DNA of 55,461 nucleotides from a virus (lineage: Duplodnaviria; Caudoviricetes). The stretch is taken from the IMG/VR virus record IMGVR_UViG_3300031653_000002, positions 1 to 55,461 of that record; one strand, given 5' to 3'. The position numbers were made by a program, and so were the translations under genes. Under the pieces are notes generated by a model. It was not told the origin of the DNA, did not search any database, and saw only the letters and a list, made by a program, of their open reading frames with translations. Positions 1 through 9,331 of this stretch are shown here, piece after piece (the stretch's first letter is position 1; each line of letters opens with the position of its first letter).

Positions 1-605
1 CAATCTTCCCCGACTTAGACCCCGTGGACTTCAAGAAAAATCATCCAACGAAATATAAACTCGGTAAGACTTTGAACTTCCTCGTATTATTTAGGGGAGG
101 AGCAACGGCTTTTCAAAGTACGGCATTACAGGATGAGGGCATCGAGGTCGAACTCGATTTCTGCTACGACGCCATTAGAAAATGGGACGAGAAACATCAC
201 GTCTATAGAGCATGGCAGGAAAGGATGATTGCATTAGCCGCCGAACAGGGATACATCGAATTACCCACTGGATGGTCGAGAACCTTCGGCATCGGCCACA
301 CAAACGTAGACGCACAGGGAGGCGAAGTATGCAATTTCCTCCACCAATGTCCCTGTGCACAGGTCATGCACTCGATTCAGCAGAAGATTCAATTGGAATT
401 TTTGAGGCGACACCTCCGCAGTAGAATCTGTTTGGAAATCCATGATGCTATTTATATAGATACACACCCTGCGGAGGATGAAATAAGACATGAAATAGCC
501 CACGAAGCCTTGACGCATCCACCCTTATTACCTGTGTTCGAGAACTGGGTAGGTCGGACTATCCCGTGGCAATATGAACGAAAGGAATACGAAAATGAAA
601 TCTGA
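1..605 (+). CDS. DNA polymerase family A, C-terminal part (same gene as 53450..55461)
   Basis: Motif B GKTLNFLVLFRGG, GYIELPTGWSR, NFLHQ, motif C LEIHDAI. Confidence 0.92.
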   Translation, partial: IFPDLDPVDFKKNHPTKYKLGKTLNFLVLFRGGATAFQSTALQDEGIEVELDFCYDAIRKWDEKHHVYRAWQERMIALAAEQGYIELPTGWSRTFGIGHTNVDAQGGEVCNFLHQCPCAQVMHSIQQKIQLEFLRRHLRSRICLEIHDAIYIDTHPAEDEIRHEIAHEALTHPPLLPVFENWVGRTIPWQYERKEYENEI

Positions 606-900
606 TTATGATAAAAAGAAATTTTATATGGACGAATACGGAAATCTATATCCCAAAAAGGGAAGTAAACACGGTTGGGTTATTGAAGTGACGCCTAAAA
701 ATAAACATTATTATGGCAAAGATCAATTATTCTATTCGATGAACGTATACTCTGATTATGCACTTCCATTAAATTGTGCTTACGTGATGCCTACAAGGGA
801 ATATGCAAGAGAATTGAAAAGCAACCATGGCCACGAAGTCGTAAGGAAAGTTATCTTAAACAGCAAAGGCGAACCTGTTGCGATTATCGGGAGAGGATAA
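595..900 (+). CDS. Hypothetical protein
   Basis: ATG overlaps the polymerase 3' end; stop coupled to the next ATG. Confidence 0.6.
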   Translation: MKSDYDKKKFYMDEYGNLYPKKGSKHGWVIEVTPKNKHYYGKDQLFYSMNVYSDYALPLNCAYVMPTREYARELKSNHGHEVVRKVILNSKGEPVAIIGRG

Positions 901-1247
901 TGATTAGTTTCCTACTAATAAATTCGGACGTAGAGAACCTGCGGAGGCTACTGATTAAATATTGCTACTGGTACTATGTTAAGGCGGAACCTCTTATTAA
1001 TGACAGGGACTACGACTTGCATTTCGATTATCTTAAAGAGTTGGAGAAAACTAATGATGCTTGCTTCAAGCCTACGCCTGAGTCCCCAACACAAATGGTA
1101 TATGGAGATTTGGAGTCTCAATATCCGGATTGGGCTAAAAATAAAGATATACATACTTTATATAGTCCAGAGGAGATAGCGGAATATGAGAATAAAATGA
1201 ATATTCCTTTTAATCTTCATTCGATGTATTTTAGTTTTAGGAATTAA
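900..1247 (+). CDS. Stand-alone NAD-dependent DNA ligase domain Ia-like protein
   Basis: YYVKAEPLINDRDYD...LKELE...PESPTQMV matches the LigA N-terminal Ia signature; no adenylation domain follows. Confidence 0.8.
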   Translation: MISFLLINSDVENLRRLLIKYCYWYYVKAEPLINDRDYDLHFDYLKELEKTNDACFKPTPESPTQMVYGDLESQYPDWAKNKDIHTLYSPEEIAEYENKMNIPFNLHSMYFSFRN

Positions 1248-1249
1248 AA

Positions 1250-1408
1250 ATGAAAGTTCATTATCGCAAATATAGAATAATTAAAGGTAGTTGGCTCAGG
1301 ATGGTTTGTGGGCATTGGGTAGCATGGTATAATAGAGAACAGTATGCAAGGAGGAAAAAGGATGTGACCTGCAAGAACTGCCTTAGAGTTATAGGAGTAA
1401 AAAAATGA
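1250..1408 (+). CDS. Small putative Zn-binding protein (52 aa, not in ORF track)
   Basis: MKVH...VCG...VTCKNC; fills the gap exactly, with an ATGA overlap into the next gene. Confidence 0.6.
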   Translation: MKVHYRKYRIIKGSWLRMVCGHWVAWYNREQYARRKKDVTCKNCLRVIGVKK

Positions 1409-1986
1409 TCCCGAAAAAAACTGATTTGCACTATCGGTATAAAATTCCAAATGTAATTACAATACAAATAGATTCGCGGGAGAAGATACCCCTGCTGTTT
1501 CCGGCTATGTTACAATGTGGTCATCCCGAATTGACCTATAAGACAATTCCGATAGCCGTGAAGCAGGAGGTTATCAAGTTGGACGCCGGGGATTATAGTC
1601 TAAAGGAATATCCGGAGTTGTGTATCGTTGAACGGAAAGCCTCTCAATTGGAATTGTATAAGAATCTCAACGAGTCACATGACAGGATTAGACAGGCGAA
1701 GGCATTTCGTAAATTAACATCCTCTTGTAAATATCCCTACATTCTAATAGAGGCATCCCCTGCCGAACTCCTGTCGGATAATCCACTGGCGAAACAACCG
1801 GAATTACTGTGTCACAGGCTCGGATTGGCATTGGCCAAGTATGATTTAAGGGCATTGTTCATCCCGTGGAAAAGCCGTTGTGCTAATACCAGACGTAAAA
1901 CTGGAACACTATTATTGCATTTAATGTTGGGGTGTGCATTAGCCGATACCTTCGATGCTATCCCCACCACCCTATTGGAGGATTGA
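1405..1986 (+). CDS. ERCC4/XPF-family nuclease (probable resolvase)
   Basis: IDSRE...LDAGDY...VERK motifs. Confidence 0.85.
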   Translation: MIPKKTDLHYRYKIPNVITIQIDSREKIPLLFPAMLQCGHPELTYKTIPIAVKQEVIKLDAGDYSLKEYPELCIVERKASQLELYKNLNESHDRIRQAKAFRKLTSSCKYPYILIEASPAELLSDNPLAKQPELLCHRLGLALAKYDLRALFIPWKSRCANTRRKTGTLLLHLMLGCALADTFDAIPTTLLED

Positions 1987-1988
1987 AA

Positions 1989-2468
1989 ATGAAACCGGTA
2001 TATCAAACCAGATTTGGAAAACGAGAAAGTGAAGATACAAAAGGAGGCAATTGTTTCCAAGCAGCATTGGCATCATTATTGGAATTGCCTCTAAAGCGTG
2101 TTCCCGATTTTTGTAACATTTATCCCCTTGAGGGACGGGAATGGTATGATAGATATATCGAGTGGTTAAGGAGACGGGGACTATCGGTAATAACTCTACG
2201 TATAGGGGATAGATTCACGCTGAAGGATGAAAGTCTTAGGGATTGTTACCTATTAACGGGGGGACCCAATGCGGATGGGGTAAGACACATGACAATATAT
2301 CGGAATGGGGAATGTGTTCATAATCCTAATAAAAGATGCAAGGGAATAACTCCGGATTGTATTGATATTATCTTTCCTCTAAACCCCTTGATAAATGGGG
2401 CAAGGGAACTGGAGTGCCCAACTTGTAGGGAAAAAATCGAAATCGATGAAGAAGGGATGGTATCGTAA
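1989..2468 (+). CDS. Hypothetical protein, possible papain-fold (C39-like) domain with C-terminal CxxC
   Basis: QTRF...GNCFQAALASLL and a later His (RHM); CPTC. Confidence 0.5.
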   Translation: MKPVYQTRFGKRESEDTKGGNCFQAALASLLELPLKRVPDFCNIYPLEGREWYDRYIEWLRRRGLSVITLRIGDRFTLKDESLRDCYLLTGGPNADGVRHMTIYRNGECVHNPNKRCKGITPDCIDIIFPLNPLINGARELECPTCREKIEIDEEGMVS

Positions 2469-2577
2469 TGAAATCTATACTGAGCTTTATACTGGGAATA
2501 GCCTTAACCAAGATAGGTTGGCTGAAAATATGGTATGGAATTATTTTCCTTACTAACGAAATTAAAGAACTTTTCTC

Positions 2578-2606
2578 TTGACTAATATGGACAAATCTGC
2601 TATAAT
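2578..2606 (+). promoter_or_regulatory. sigma70-type promoter
   Basis: TTGACT-17-TATAAT with extended TG. Confidence 0.85.
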
Positions 2607-2611
2607 AACAT

Positions 2612-2755
2612 TATGGAAGAACGATAACACGACTATCGGCATGAGTGCCAAACAAATAAAGGTTCGGATCGCTATTGTCTTCCATAGCAATTATAACATG
2701 ACCTCCGCAGATGGGGGTGGCTTTAGCAGTAGCTTCTGTTGCCCCCTTCTTTTTT
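2612..2755 (+). ncRNA. Candidate small RNA or attenuator leader
   Basis: Starts at the promoter; stem tatggaaga (2612-20)/tcttccata (2678-86); inner ggca-tgag-tgcc hairpin; ends in a terminator-like hairpin plus T run. Confidence 0.45.
2713..2755 (+). terminator. Rho-independent terminator
   Basis: gggggtggc...gttgccccc followed by ttctttttt. Confidence 0.65.
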
Positions 2756-2772
2756 AACCAGAAAGGAAACCA

Positions 2773-3012
2773 ATGAGTGGTGCAATTCGTAAATTCAGGA
2801 AATCGCTTGGGAAAGATAAGCCCGTTATAATGATTCTCGGCGATGAGCAACAGACATTTCGGTTGGCGTCAAACAGGATATTCGATAAAATCGGAGAACA
2901 CGTTATAACCGTTACAGATAAGAAGATTTATAATCGATTCCTTGAGGGCGTCCGCCAAGCCCAGGCAACCAAACAACATAACGTGAAGGAGTTCAACAAT
3001 GCGAAATCCTAA
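2773..3012 (+). CDS. Hypothetical protein
   Basis: GAAAGGA ribosome-binding site upstream. Confidence 0.65.
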   Translation: MSGAIRKFRKSLGKDKPVIMILGDEQQTFRLASNRIFDKIGEHVITVTDKKIYNRFLEGVRQAQATKQHNVKEFNNAKS

Positions 3013-3325
3013 TAAAGGGGCATCCGAAGAAGTTCTGCGGAGGTTCAAAGAGGAAAGCTATGAACGATTCCGAATCGAATTATTCAACTCTGTAAAGGCA
3101 TTGATGGATGAATTCGATATGACATGGGACGACTTAGCCGAATCTTTGAAATGGGTTAAGTATCGTGGCGAGACCGTTCCTGTCGAGTATTATAGCGGGG
3201 ACGAAGTTATGAGTATTATCGGTGCGGGGAAAATCGATGATAGAAGGCTGAACGAAATAGCTCATTGTTTCTCTGCGGAGTGTTACTTGATATTCCGTCC
3301 CCGTCCTCCCTATACAAAAACATAA
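2999..3325 (+). CDS. Putative XRE-like HTH DNA-binding protein
   Basis: LMDEFDMTWDDLAESL...LNEIAHCF pattern. Confidence 0.55.
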   Translation: MRNPNKGASEEVLRRFKEESYERFRIELFNSVKALMDEFDMTWDDLAESLKWVKYRGETVPVEYYSGDEVMSIIGAGKIDDRRLNEIAHCFSAECYLIFRPRPPYTKT

Positions 3326-3333
3326 TTTTTCCC

Positions 3334-3362
3334 TTGACTTTACTTTCACGATTTGGTATAAT
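3334..3362 (+). promoter_or_regulatory. sigma70-type promoter
   Basis: TTGACT-17-TATAAT. Confidence 0.85.
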
Positions 3363-3388
3363 ACAGAAAATCAATTGAAAGGAAAAAG

Positions 3389-4414
3389 ATGAACTTTGAA
3401 ACTATAGAACCAAAACCTGTTACTTGTAGACAGTCCTCAATATCATGTGCAATATCCTGCGAGAGGAAATGGTTTTGTAAAAATCTTTTAGGAATACGTT
3501 TGCGGGGAGGGCGTTTCTCAGAAGCCGCTTCTCTCGGTCGTATATACCATAAATTCCACGAATGTGGACAGGGCAACGAGCAGGAAGTTAAGAGATGGAT
3601 TCAAGAGCAACAAAATAATATCATGGCTCGTGTTGATAAAGGAGAGGACTTGGATGGATCATTAGCCCGACAAGCTACAGCCCTTACTGAATTATACCAC
3701 AAAGCCCTTGTTATGGCTCAAATATTTTGGGAGAAATATCCCCAACCGTCATATTTTAAGGTGATAGGCAAGGAAGTTCACCATACGATGCAGTTTGATG
3801 GACTAACTCTCGAAGGCACTATTGATAAGATATTATTAAACGAGCAGGATAATTCTATATGGATTCGTGACCACAAATCAACAGGCCGGACATTAGAAGT
3901 TATCTTCGGAGGAATTTCGTGGTCATTACAGGCTCGAATGTACCGCATTTTGGCACATGATTACCTATTAAATAACGTAGAGGCTTATAAGGATGCAGCA
4001 CCGAATATAAAAGGTTTCATCCTTGATGGAATTCTCAAGCCCGGTATCAAGATGTGCAAAACAGATTTGAAAAATGCCAAGGATTGGAATTGCACACAAG
4101 AAGAAGCCTACCTCCGCAGAGTAAAGGACTGGTACTCGGATAAAGGTGAGGAATCCATTATGTCCCGCGGGATTATATACACGGAGCATGTGTACCCTAC
4201 GGAGTTAAGAAATGTTTTTAGCCTGATGCGGAGACTCTCCGGCAGGGGCACCCATCCCGACCGCTATAACAGAGACGTTACGAGGAAGACATGCTTTGAG
4301 TATGAACGTCAATGTGAGTATCACGACCTGTGTTCGACAGACCCCGCCCAATGGGATTCGTTATTTGAAAACAAGTATGAATTCGCAGGGGGCAGTGATG
4401 AAGAAGAAGTATAA
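3389..4414 (+). CDS. PD-(D/E)XK exonuclease, RecB/Cas4-like
   Basis: GTIDKI, IRDHKST, QARMY; N-terminal Cys and C-terminal C..CEYHDLC. Confidence 0.85.
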   Translation: MNFETIEPKPVTCRQSSISCAISCERKWFCKNLLGIRLRGGRFSEAASLGRIYHKFHECGQGNEQEVKRWIQEQQNNIMARVDKGEDLDGSLARQATALTELYHKALVMAQIFWEKYPQPSYFKVIGKEVHHTMQFDGLTLEGTIDKILLNEQDNSIWIRDHKSTGRTLEVIFGGISWSLQARMYRILAHDYLLNNVEAYKDAAPNIKGFILDGILKPGIKMCKTDLKNAKDWNCTQEEAYLRRVKDWYSDKGEESIMSRGIIYTEHVYPTELRNVFSLMRRLSGRGTHPDRYNRDVTRKTCFEYERQCEYHDLCSTDPAQWDSLFENKYEFAGGSDEEEV

Positions 4415-4513
4415 AAGCCAAAGAGATATGACCATGGCCGCCGTCAAAAATTGTCTGGGACGTGCGGCGGAAAAAACAGAATATTGGAATAATTTATTGA
4501 GGAGAACCAAGAA

Positions 4514-5167
4514 ATGAAGATGTCAATTATAATTTTAGCAACGTTATTAACACTGGGCGGAGTAGGTTGTGTAGCCATATCGAGCTTGATAACCCCTGCG
4601 GAATTGGACACTGATGCGGTAAAGTATGTCGTAGCTGCGGAGGTTGCCGAGCCTAATGAGTACGTGGGTTATCCTAATCTCGCCAAAGCAGAAAAGTTGC
4701 AACAGGATGTGGAGATTGCTTATACTGTGACACAGTTTGATTTGCAGCAACAGGCAGAGCGAAATGAATTGGATTATAATATCTGTCTCGGAGCCACCAC
4801 CCAGAATGTAAAGATAGGCAAGCAACGCGAGGAAATGCTATTCGGAGAGAGCGGCTTATTGACACTTGGATTGGGTTTGGCTGGATTTGGCGGATTGACT
4901 GGATATATTGGCTTGATGCGTAAAAGACCACAGGATATTACTCCGCAGGAAAAAGAGAAACTGCTCGCCGATGTCCAAGATAAGACCACTGCGGAATTAA
5001 CTACTAAGGATAGACAAATCCTACAGTTAATTACCTCCGCACAGAAGTTTATAGACACCTATAAGACTAAGAACCCAGAGGTCGTTGCCGACTTCAAGCT
5101 CACTTGTAATACCGAACAAGATACCGATACTCAAATCAAAGTTGCACAGGTAAAAGCAACTATATAA
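4514..5167 (+). CDS. Putative lipoprotein or membrane protein
   Basis: Signal peptide with lipobox-like GVGC; internal Gly-rich hydrophobic segment. Confidence 0.6.
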   Translation: MKMSIIILATLLTLGGVGCVAISSLITPAELDTDAVKYVVAAEVAEPNEYVGYPNLAKAEKLQQDVEIAYTVTQFDLQQQAERNELDYNICLGATTQNVKIGKQREEMLFGESGLLTLGLGLAGFGGLTGYIGLMRKRPQDITPQEKEKLLADVQDKTTAELTTKDRQILQLITSAQKFIDTYKTKNPEVVADFKLTCNTEQDTDTQIKVAQVKATI

Positions 5168-5178
5168 GGGAGGTTAAT

Positions 5179-6093
5179 ATGACAACCGAACAAACACCTA
5201 ATACGAATCCAAGTGTGGATACGAAGCCTAACGCGGTCCCCATAGTTCCCGATGATTGGGCTTCCCTCGGTGCCAAATCGGGATACGATCCGAAATCCGC
5301 GAGCGACTTGCGGTTCCTTATCGTCGGGCCAAGTGGGGAAGGGAAAACTACTTTCCTGTCGAGTATGCCGGATAATTTGATACTGGATTTCGATGATGGT
5401 GCAAATGCCGTTCCGGGGAGCAACGCGGTTAGGATAACGATAAAGGATTTTGCACATCTGAAAAGTATTATCGAAAAGCTCTCCGCGGATACAACCTCCG
5501 GCAAGAAAAGATTCAAAAGGGTTACTATTGATACGATTGATGAATTAATTGCAATGATTAAACACCATCTTGAGGAGGAGAAAAAAGTAGAGGATATTAC
5601 GGACTATCGCTCCGAGGGATATGGGTATAACCTTATCCTGCAACGGTTCTGGTCTATAATACTTGATATAGAGCAGGGTGGGTATGCGTGGGCTATCATT
5701 GGGCATACAAGAACAAAGACAGAGGTAGACCCATCTACCAAGAAACCCGTTACCAGAATAAGGGATGCTGTTTATCCTATAATTTCTAAGAAAATCCTAA
5801 CTAAAACCGATTTCAAATTGACTATATACTGTATTCCAGAAACGGTTAAGGTGGAATTACCCCCTAAGATTATAAATACCCCCAATGGTAAAATTACCGT
5901 TCCCCAATCCGAGGAAAAAATCTCTCAGGTTTACTATGTTGATTCCTTAACAACAGATGCCCGTGGGACGAACAAAGGCCGGGGTGTACCTACAATGGAA
6001 AAGAAATTCAAAATCCCCCTTATAAATGGTTGGGGCGTATTCAAAGAGAAGTACGACGAGGCCGTAGCCCTCGCCAAAAAGAAATACCAGTAA
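5179..6093 (+). CDS. Sak4-like (AAA_24) P-loop ATPase/recombinase
   Basis: GPSGEGKT Walker A, VTIDTIDE Walker B; lies between the exonuclease and the SSB. Confidence 0.8.
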   Translation: MTTEQTPNTNPSVDTKPNAVPIVPDDWASLGAKSGYDPKSASDLRFLIVGPSGEGKTTFLSSMPDNLILDFDDGANAVPGSNAVRITIKDFAHLKSIIEKLSADTTSGKKRFKRVTIDTIDELIAMIKHHLEEEKKVEDITDYRSEGYGYNLILQRFWSIILDIEQGGYAWAIIGHTRTKTEVDPSTKKPVTRIRDAVYPIISKKILTKTDFKLTIYCIPETVKVELPPKIINTPNGKITVPQSEEKISQVYYVDSLTTDARGTNKGRGVPTMEKKFKIPLINGWGVFKEKYDEAVALAKKKYQ

Positions 6094-6127
6094 CGTTACT
6101 TTATAATTTTAATTGAAAGGAAAAAAC

Positions 6128-6655
6128 ATGAGTGACTTGATGTTTGAGCAGCTACTTGCAGAGCACAACGATGCTTTTAAGAAAGCCGAAGTATTCGGCG
6201 AGGATTGGATGCCCCCCTTTGACACGTATTATGTAACAATTCTACATGTGAAGGAAGGAATCAAGGACAAAGACGGAAAGACATTCGGATGGTTCAAACC
6301 CGTTGGTAGAATCGAAAAACCAGAGGATGAGCAACTTAATGGAAAAGAATTCCCGTTGGGCTTCTTCAATACCAACGCACTTGGGTTCCTCAAGGGTTTC
6401 GCCAAGGGACTTAAAGGCGGCGAAGAACCGACCGACCTCCGAGAGGCAATCGAGACCATAAAGAATAGTCCCAACTTGGTACTATTAGTTAAGGTCGCAC
6501 CCTCAACAGGCAAAGACGGCAAGGAATATACCAACTGCTACGTCCAAGAGGTTGTTGCCACGAATACCAACGAGGCTGCCGAAGCAGATGCACCTCCGCA
6601 AGTTGATCCAAACGCCCCCCCGCAGGAAGAAACTGCCGGAGACCCGGTAGCCTAA
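6128..6655 (+). CDS. Probable single-stranded DNA-binding protein (DUF669-like)
   Basis: Follows the Sak4-like gene; OB-like beta pattern, GKDGKEYTN, acidic/Pro tail. Confidence 0.65.
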   Translation: MSDLMFEQLLAEHNDAFKKAEVFGEDWMPPFDTYYVTILHVKEGIKDKDGKTFGWFKPVGRIEKPEDEQLNGKEFPLGFFNTNALGFLKGFAKGLKGGEEPTDLREAIETIKNSPNLVLLVKVAPSTGKDGKEYTNCYVQEVVATNTNEAAEADAPPQVDPNAPPQEETAGDPVA

Positions 6656-6684
6656 CAGATTTCTTTGAAAATTAAAGATTGTAT

Positions 6685-6827
6685 AAAAGACCTGCGGCGG
6701 TGCGTACTTCATTATACAAAGGTAAGGGTACGAAGTGTAGCTATCATCGCTTACCTAAATGTCAAGGGCACATTAGGACAAGACCGCTCTGCTACAAGGG
6801 ATGAGTTATCCTGTCCGCAAGTCTTTT
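6685..6827 (+). ncRNA. Candidate structured non-coding RNA with pseudoknot(s)
   Basis: Closing stem aaaagacctgcgg/ccgcaagtctttt plus several internal complementary pairs in an intergenic gap. Confidence 0.55.
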
Positions 6828-6842
6828 TCTGGAATTATAAAT

Positions 6843-7115
6843 ATGAATAATTTATTCGACGACGAAGAAATAGATATTGTTCAGGACAAGTGCTTTCACT
6901 GTGGGGCAACTGTAGATGAGGGTGCCATACTACGGGAAGCACATTGTAGCCACGGACAGGGGTTACTACACTGTGAGGAGTGTTCTGATACCTGCGGAGG
7001 ATGTTTTCAAATAATATGTGATTGGGAAATGAGAAGTGTGTATTGTGGTGAAACGTATGGCATGGTTAAATTATGTGGTGACTGCGAAAAGGAATTAGGT
7101 AATGAGTCCAGATGA
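6843..7115 (+). CDS. Cys-rich Zn-finger protein
   Basis: Several CxxC pairs. Confidence 0.65.
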   Translation: MNNLFDDEEIDIVQDKCFHCGATVDEGAILREAHCSHGQGLLHCEECSDTCGGCFQIICDWEMRSVYCGETYGMVKLCGDCEKELGNESR

Positions 7116-7377
7116 ACCCAAATACGTCTTTGTTGATAAGACTGGTAGATGCTTCGAGGATTTTCAAGCAACTAAAAATTGTAGCGAGTGTTTTAATAAC
7201 CATGAATGTGATGATTGTTTCCTCCGTGCATATAATGATGCGGTTGGAGCTATGATGCGTGTGGGTAAAAATTTTGGTGTGGGAGATATGATGGTATTCA
7301 AACAGGATTTACTCGATGCAGGTTTCGTTTGGGGGAAAGATTTTTACGTGAGGAAAATAGATGTTCAACCCGATTAG
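7102..7377 (+). CDS. Hypothetical Cys-rich protein
   Basis: CSEC...CDDC; overlaps its neighbours in an operon. Confidence 0.6.
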   Translation: MSPDEPKYVFVDKTGRCFEDFQATKNCSECFNNHECDDCFLRAYNDAVGAMMRVGKNFGVGDMMVFKQDLLDAGFVWGKDFYVRKIDVQPD

Positions 7378-7819
7378 AATTCCGGTTAGTTTGAGTCCAC
7401 ATATAGTAAATGGTAAGCCGAGGGGGTACTATGTGTTGGCAGAACGATTATTTGCCAAAAACAAAAATCCTCATTTAGTGCGGAACCAATTTGTGGGCGT
7501 TGCAAAGTCCTTGGTGATTTCCGTAAGCCATAACTCCACATGGGATACACTATTGGAGATGAGTATTAGTATTCCCCATCTTCCGAGTGCTCCGCAACGT
7601 GCTAACAGGGTATACTGGTTGGATAAGGCTAAGTTATATCCAATCAATATGGGATTTCGTGCGTATGTACCGGGGTCGGTATTGAAACCAGAACCGGATG
7701 CGGAAAAAATAGAAACTATGGGGGAATTCAAACGATTCCAAATGGGGACAACGGATTTGTTTTATCTGGAAATCCCTATCATAACATTAGATATTCTTTT
7801 GGGAAAGGAAAAACTATAA
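7361..7819 (+). CDS. Hypothetical protein
   Basis: Operon packing; RBS present. Confidence 0.6.
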   Translation: MFNPIRIPVSLSPHIVNGKPRGYYVLAERLFAKNKNPHLVRNQFVGVAKSLVISVSHNSTWDTLLEMSISIPHLPSAPQRANRVYWLDKAKLYPINMGFRAYVPGSVLKPEPDAEKIETMGEFKRFQMGTTDLFYLEIPIITLDILLGKEKL

Positions 7820-8487
7820 TGAAAAGACCAAGAAAGTTAAGGTTCAAAAGGGGGGAAGAAGTTAGAATCTGTAAAGAAACTGACTTTGTTGGACCTAAGT
7901 GGAAAGATAATCCATCTATCGATGATCTTATAACAAATACGAAACTTATAAATGGAGGGTATGACTATTGGATAAGAGGGAGAGCTTTTCGAGATACTGA
8001 ACTCGAACCAGTGACAGAATCCTCCGCGAGCGAAAAGGATACGAACCCGAAAGACGCTATCGGAATCAAGAAAGTGCCGTTGTGGTTTATTCCTACGTTG
8101 CCTTTATGTGAAGTTGGGTTGGCATTTATGGAAGGCGGAAGAAAATATGGGGCTTTTAATTGGAGGGTTTCCGGTGTCCGAGCGTCCGTGTATTATGATG
8201 CAATTATGCGACACATGAACGCATGGAAAGAGGGACAAGATATAGACCCGGACAGTGGCATACACCATATATCCAAGGCCATTGCTTGCTTAATGGTTAT
8301 TCGGGATAGTATTGAGATGGGGAATTGGGAGGATGATAGGCCGGTCAAATATCCGGACGGGTTATCCATTTCTATACTGAATGAGAAAGCAGCCGGTATA
8401 ATTGAGAGGTATCCCGATTGTAAGAAACCTTTTACCCAAAATAATACATCTATAGACAGGACGAAACCTGTTCCGGGAGGTTATTAA
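7819..8487 (+). CDS. dATP/dGTP diphosphohydrolase-domain protein (DUF5664-like)
   Basis: NPKDAIGIKK, EGGRKYGAFNWR, AIMRH..AW.EGQDIDPDSGIHH. Confidence 0.85.
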   Translation: MKRPRKLRFKRGEEVRICKETDFVGPKWKDNPSIDDLITNTKLINGGYDYWIRGRAFRDTELEPVTESSASEKDTNPKDAIGIKKVPLWFIPTLPLCEVGLAFMEGGRKYGAFNWRVSGVRASVYYDAIMRHMNAWKEGQDIDPDSGIHHISKAIACLMVIRDSIEMGNWEDDRPVKYPDGLSISILNEKAAGIIERYPDCKKPFTQNNTSIDRTKPVPGGY

Positions 8488-8760
8488 ATGTGGCAAGATA
8501 AGGTAAATGGATTGTTTGAACTCACCGGGGGCATTTTTATCCTGCTTAGTTGTATTAAACTCTATCGGGATAAGAAAGTACGGGGTGTTAGTTTTGTCCA
8601 CGTAAGCTACTTTACTATGTGGGGATACTGGAACATCCATTACTATATGAATCTCGCTCAATGGGTTAGCTTAATAGGTAGCTTATCCGTGACTATAATA
8701 AATACTATATGGTTGGGGATGATGATATATTATATTAGGAAGGAAAGACATGAAAGCTGA
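8488..8760 (+). CDS. Small 3-TM membrane protein, PQ-loop/SemiSWEET-like
   Basis: Three hydrophobic helices with the KLYRDKKVRGVS loop typical of the family; the PQ dipeptide itself is absent. Confidence 0.6.
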   Translation: MWQDKVNGLFELTGGIFILLSCIKLYRDKKVRGVSFVHVSYFTMWGYWNIHYYMNLAQWVSLIGSLSVTIINTIWLGMMIYYIRKERHES

Positions 8761-9331
8761 TATAGTGACATACACCGGGAAGGCATTTAATATTTTCAAG
8801 CCCGACCCGAAGCTAATCTGCATCGAGGATATTGCCCATGCGTTGTCGAATATATGCAGGTATAATGGCCATACCAGAAACTTCTATAGCGTGGCGGAAC
8901 ATTGTGTCCGGGCATCATACCTAACAGTTGGGAAGCCGTTGATTAACCTACTGCATGACTCTGCGGAGGCTTACGTAGGAGATATGGTTTCCCCACACAA
9001 AAGGAATATGTTCTACTTTAATCCTTATCCTGTCAAAAATCCGATTGGGTTGACTCTTTTTGCAGAAACAGAAATGAGAATACTGGATATAATAGGGGTA
9101 GCATTGGGAGTTGATAATCTCTTTGAAAGGACAGAGCACCAAGATGTCCACAAGGCAGATATGATAATGTTTGTTACGGAAATTAGGGATTTGATGCCTG
9201 AATATATTGCTTTTGAACCTTGGGACGGAGGAATTATCGCGGATGCCAAGCGTATAGAGGGATGGGAACCTAAATATGCGGAACACGAATATTTACGAAG
9301 ATATAAGGAATTAAGCCATGAGCCTAAGTAA
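8750..9331 (+). CDS. HD-domain phosphohydrolase (YfbR/5'-deoxynucleotidase-like)
   Basis: DIAHALSNICRYNGH, YSVAEH, LLHDSAEAYVGD, KAD. Confidence 0.88.
   Translation: MKADIVTYTGKAFNIFKPDPKLICIEDIAHALSNICRYNGHTRNFYSVAEHCVRASYLTVGKPLINLLHDSAEAYVGDMVSPHKRNMFYFNPYPVKNPIGLTLFAETEMRILDIIGVALGVDNLFERTEHQDVHKADMIMFVTEIRDLMPEYIAFEPWDGGIIADAKRIEGWEPKYAEHEYLRRYKELSHEPK

Noticed and set aside
24-605. Split or truncated polymerase gene
   Set aside because: It is the in-frame continuation of 53450..55461 across the circular junction.
7819-9331. 2-aminoadenine (Z) genome
   Set aside because: No PurZ/adenylosuccinate-synthetase-like ORF is visible; the hydrolases alone are not diagnostic.
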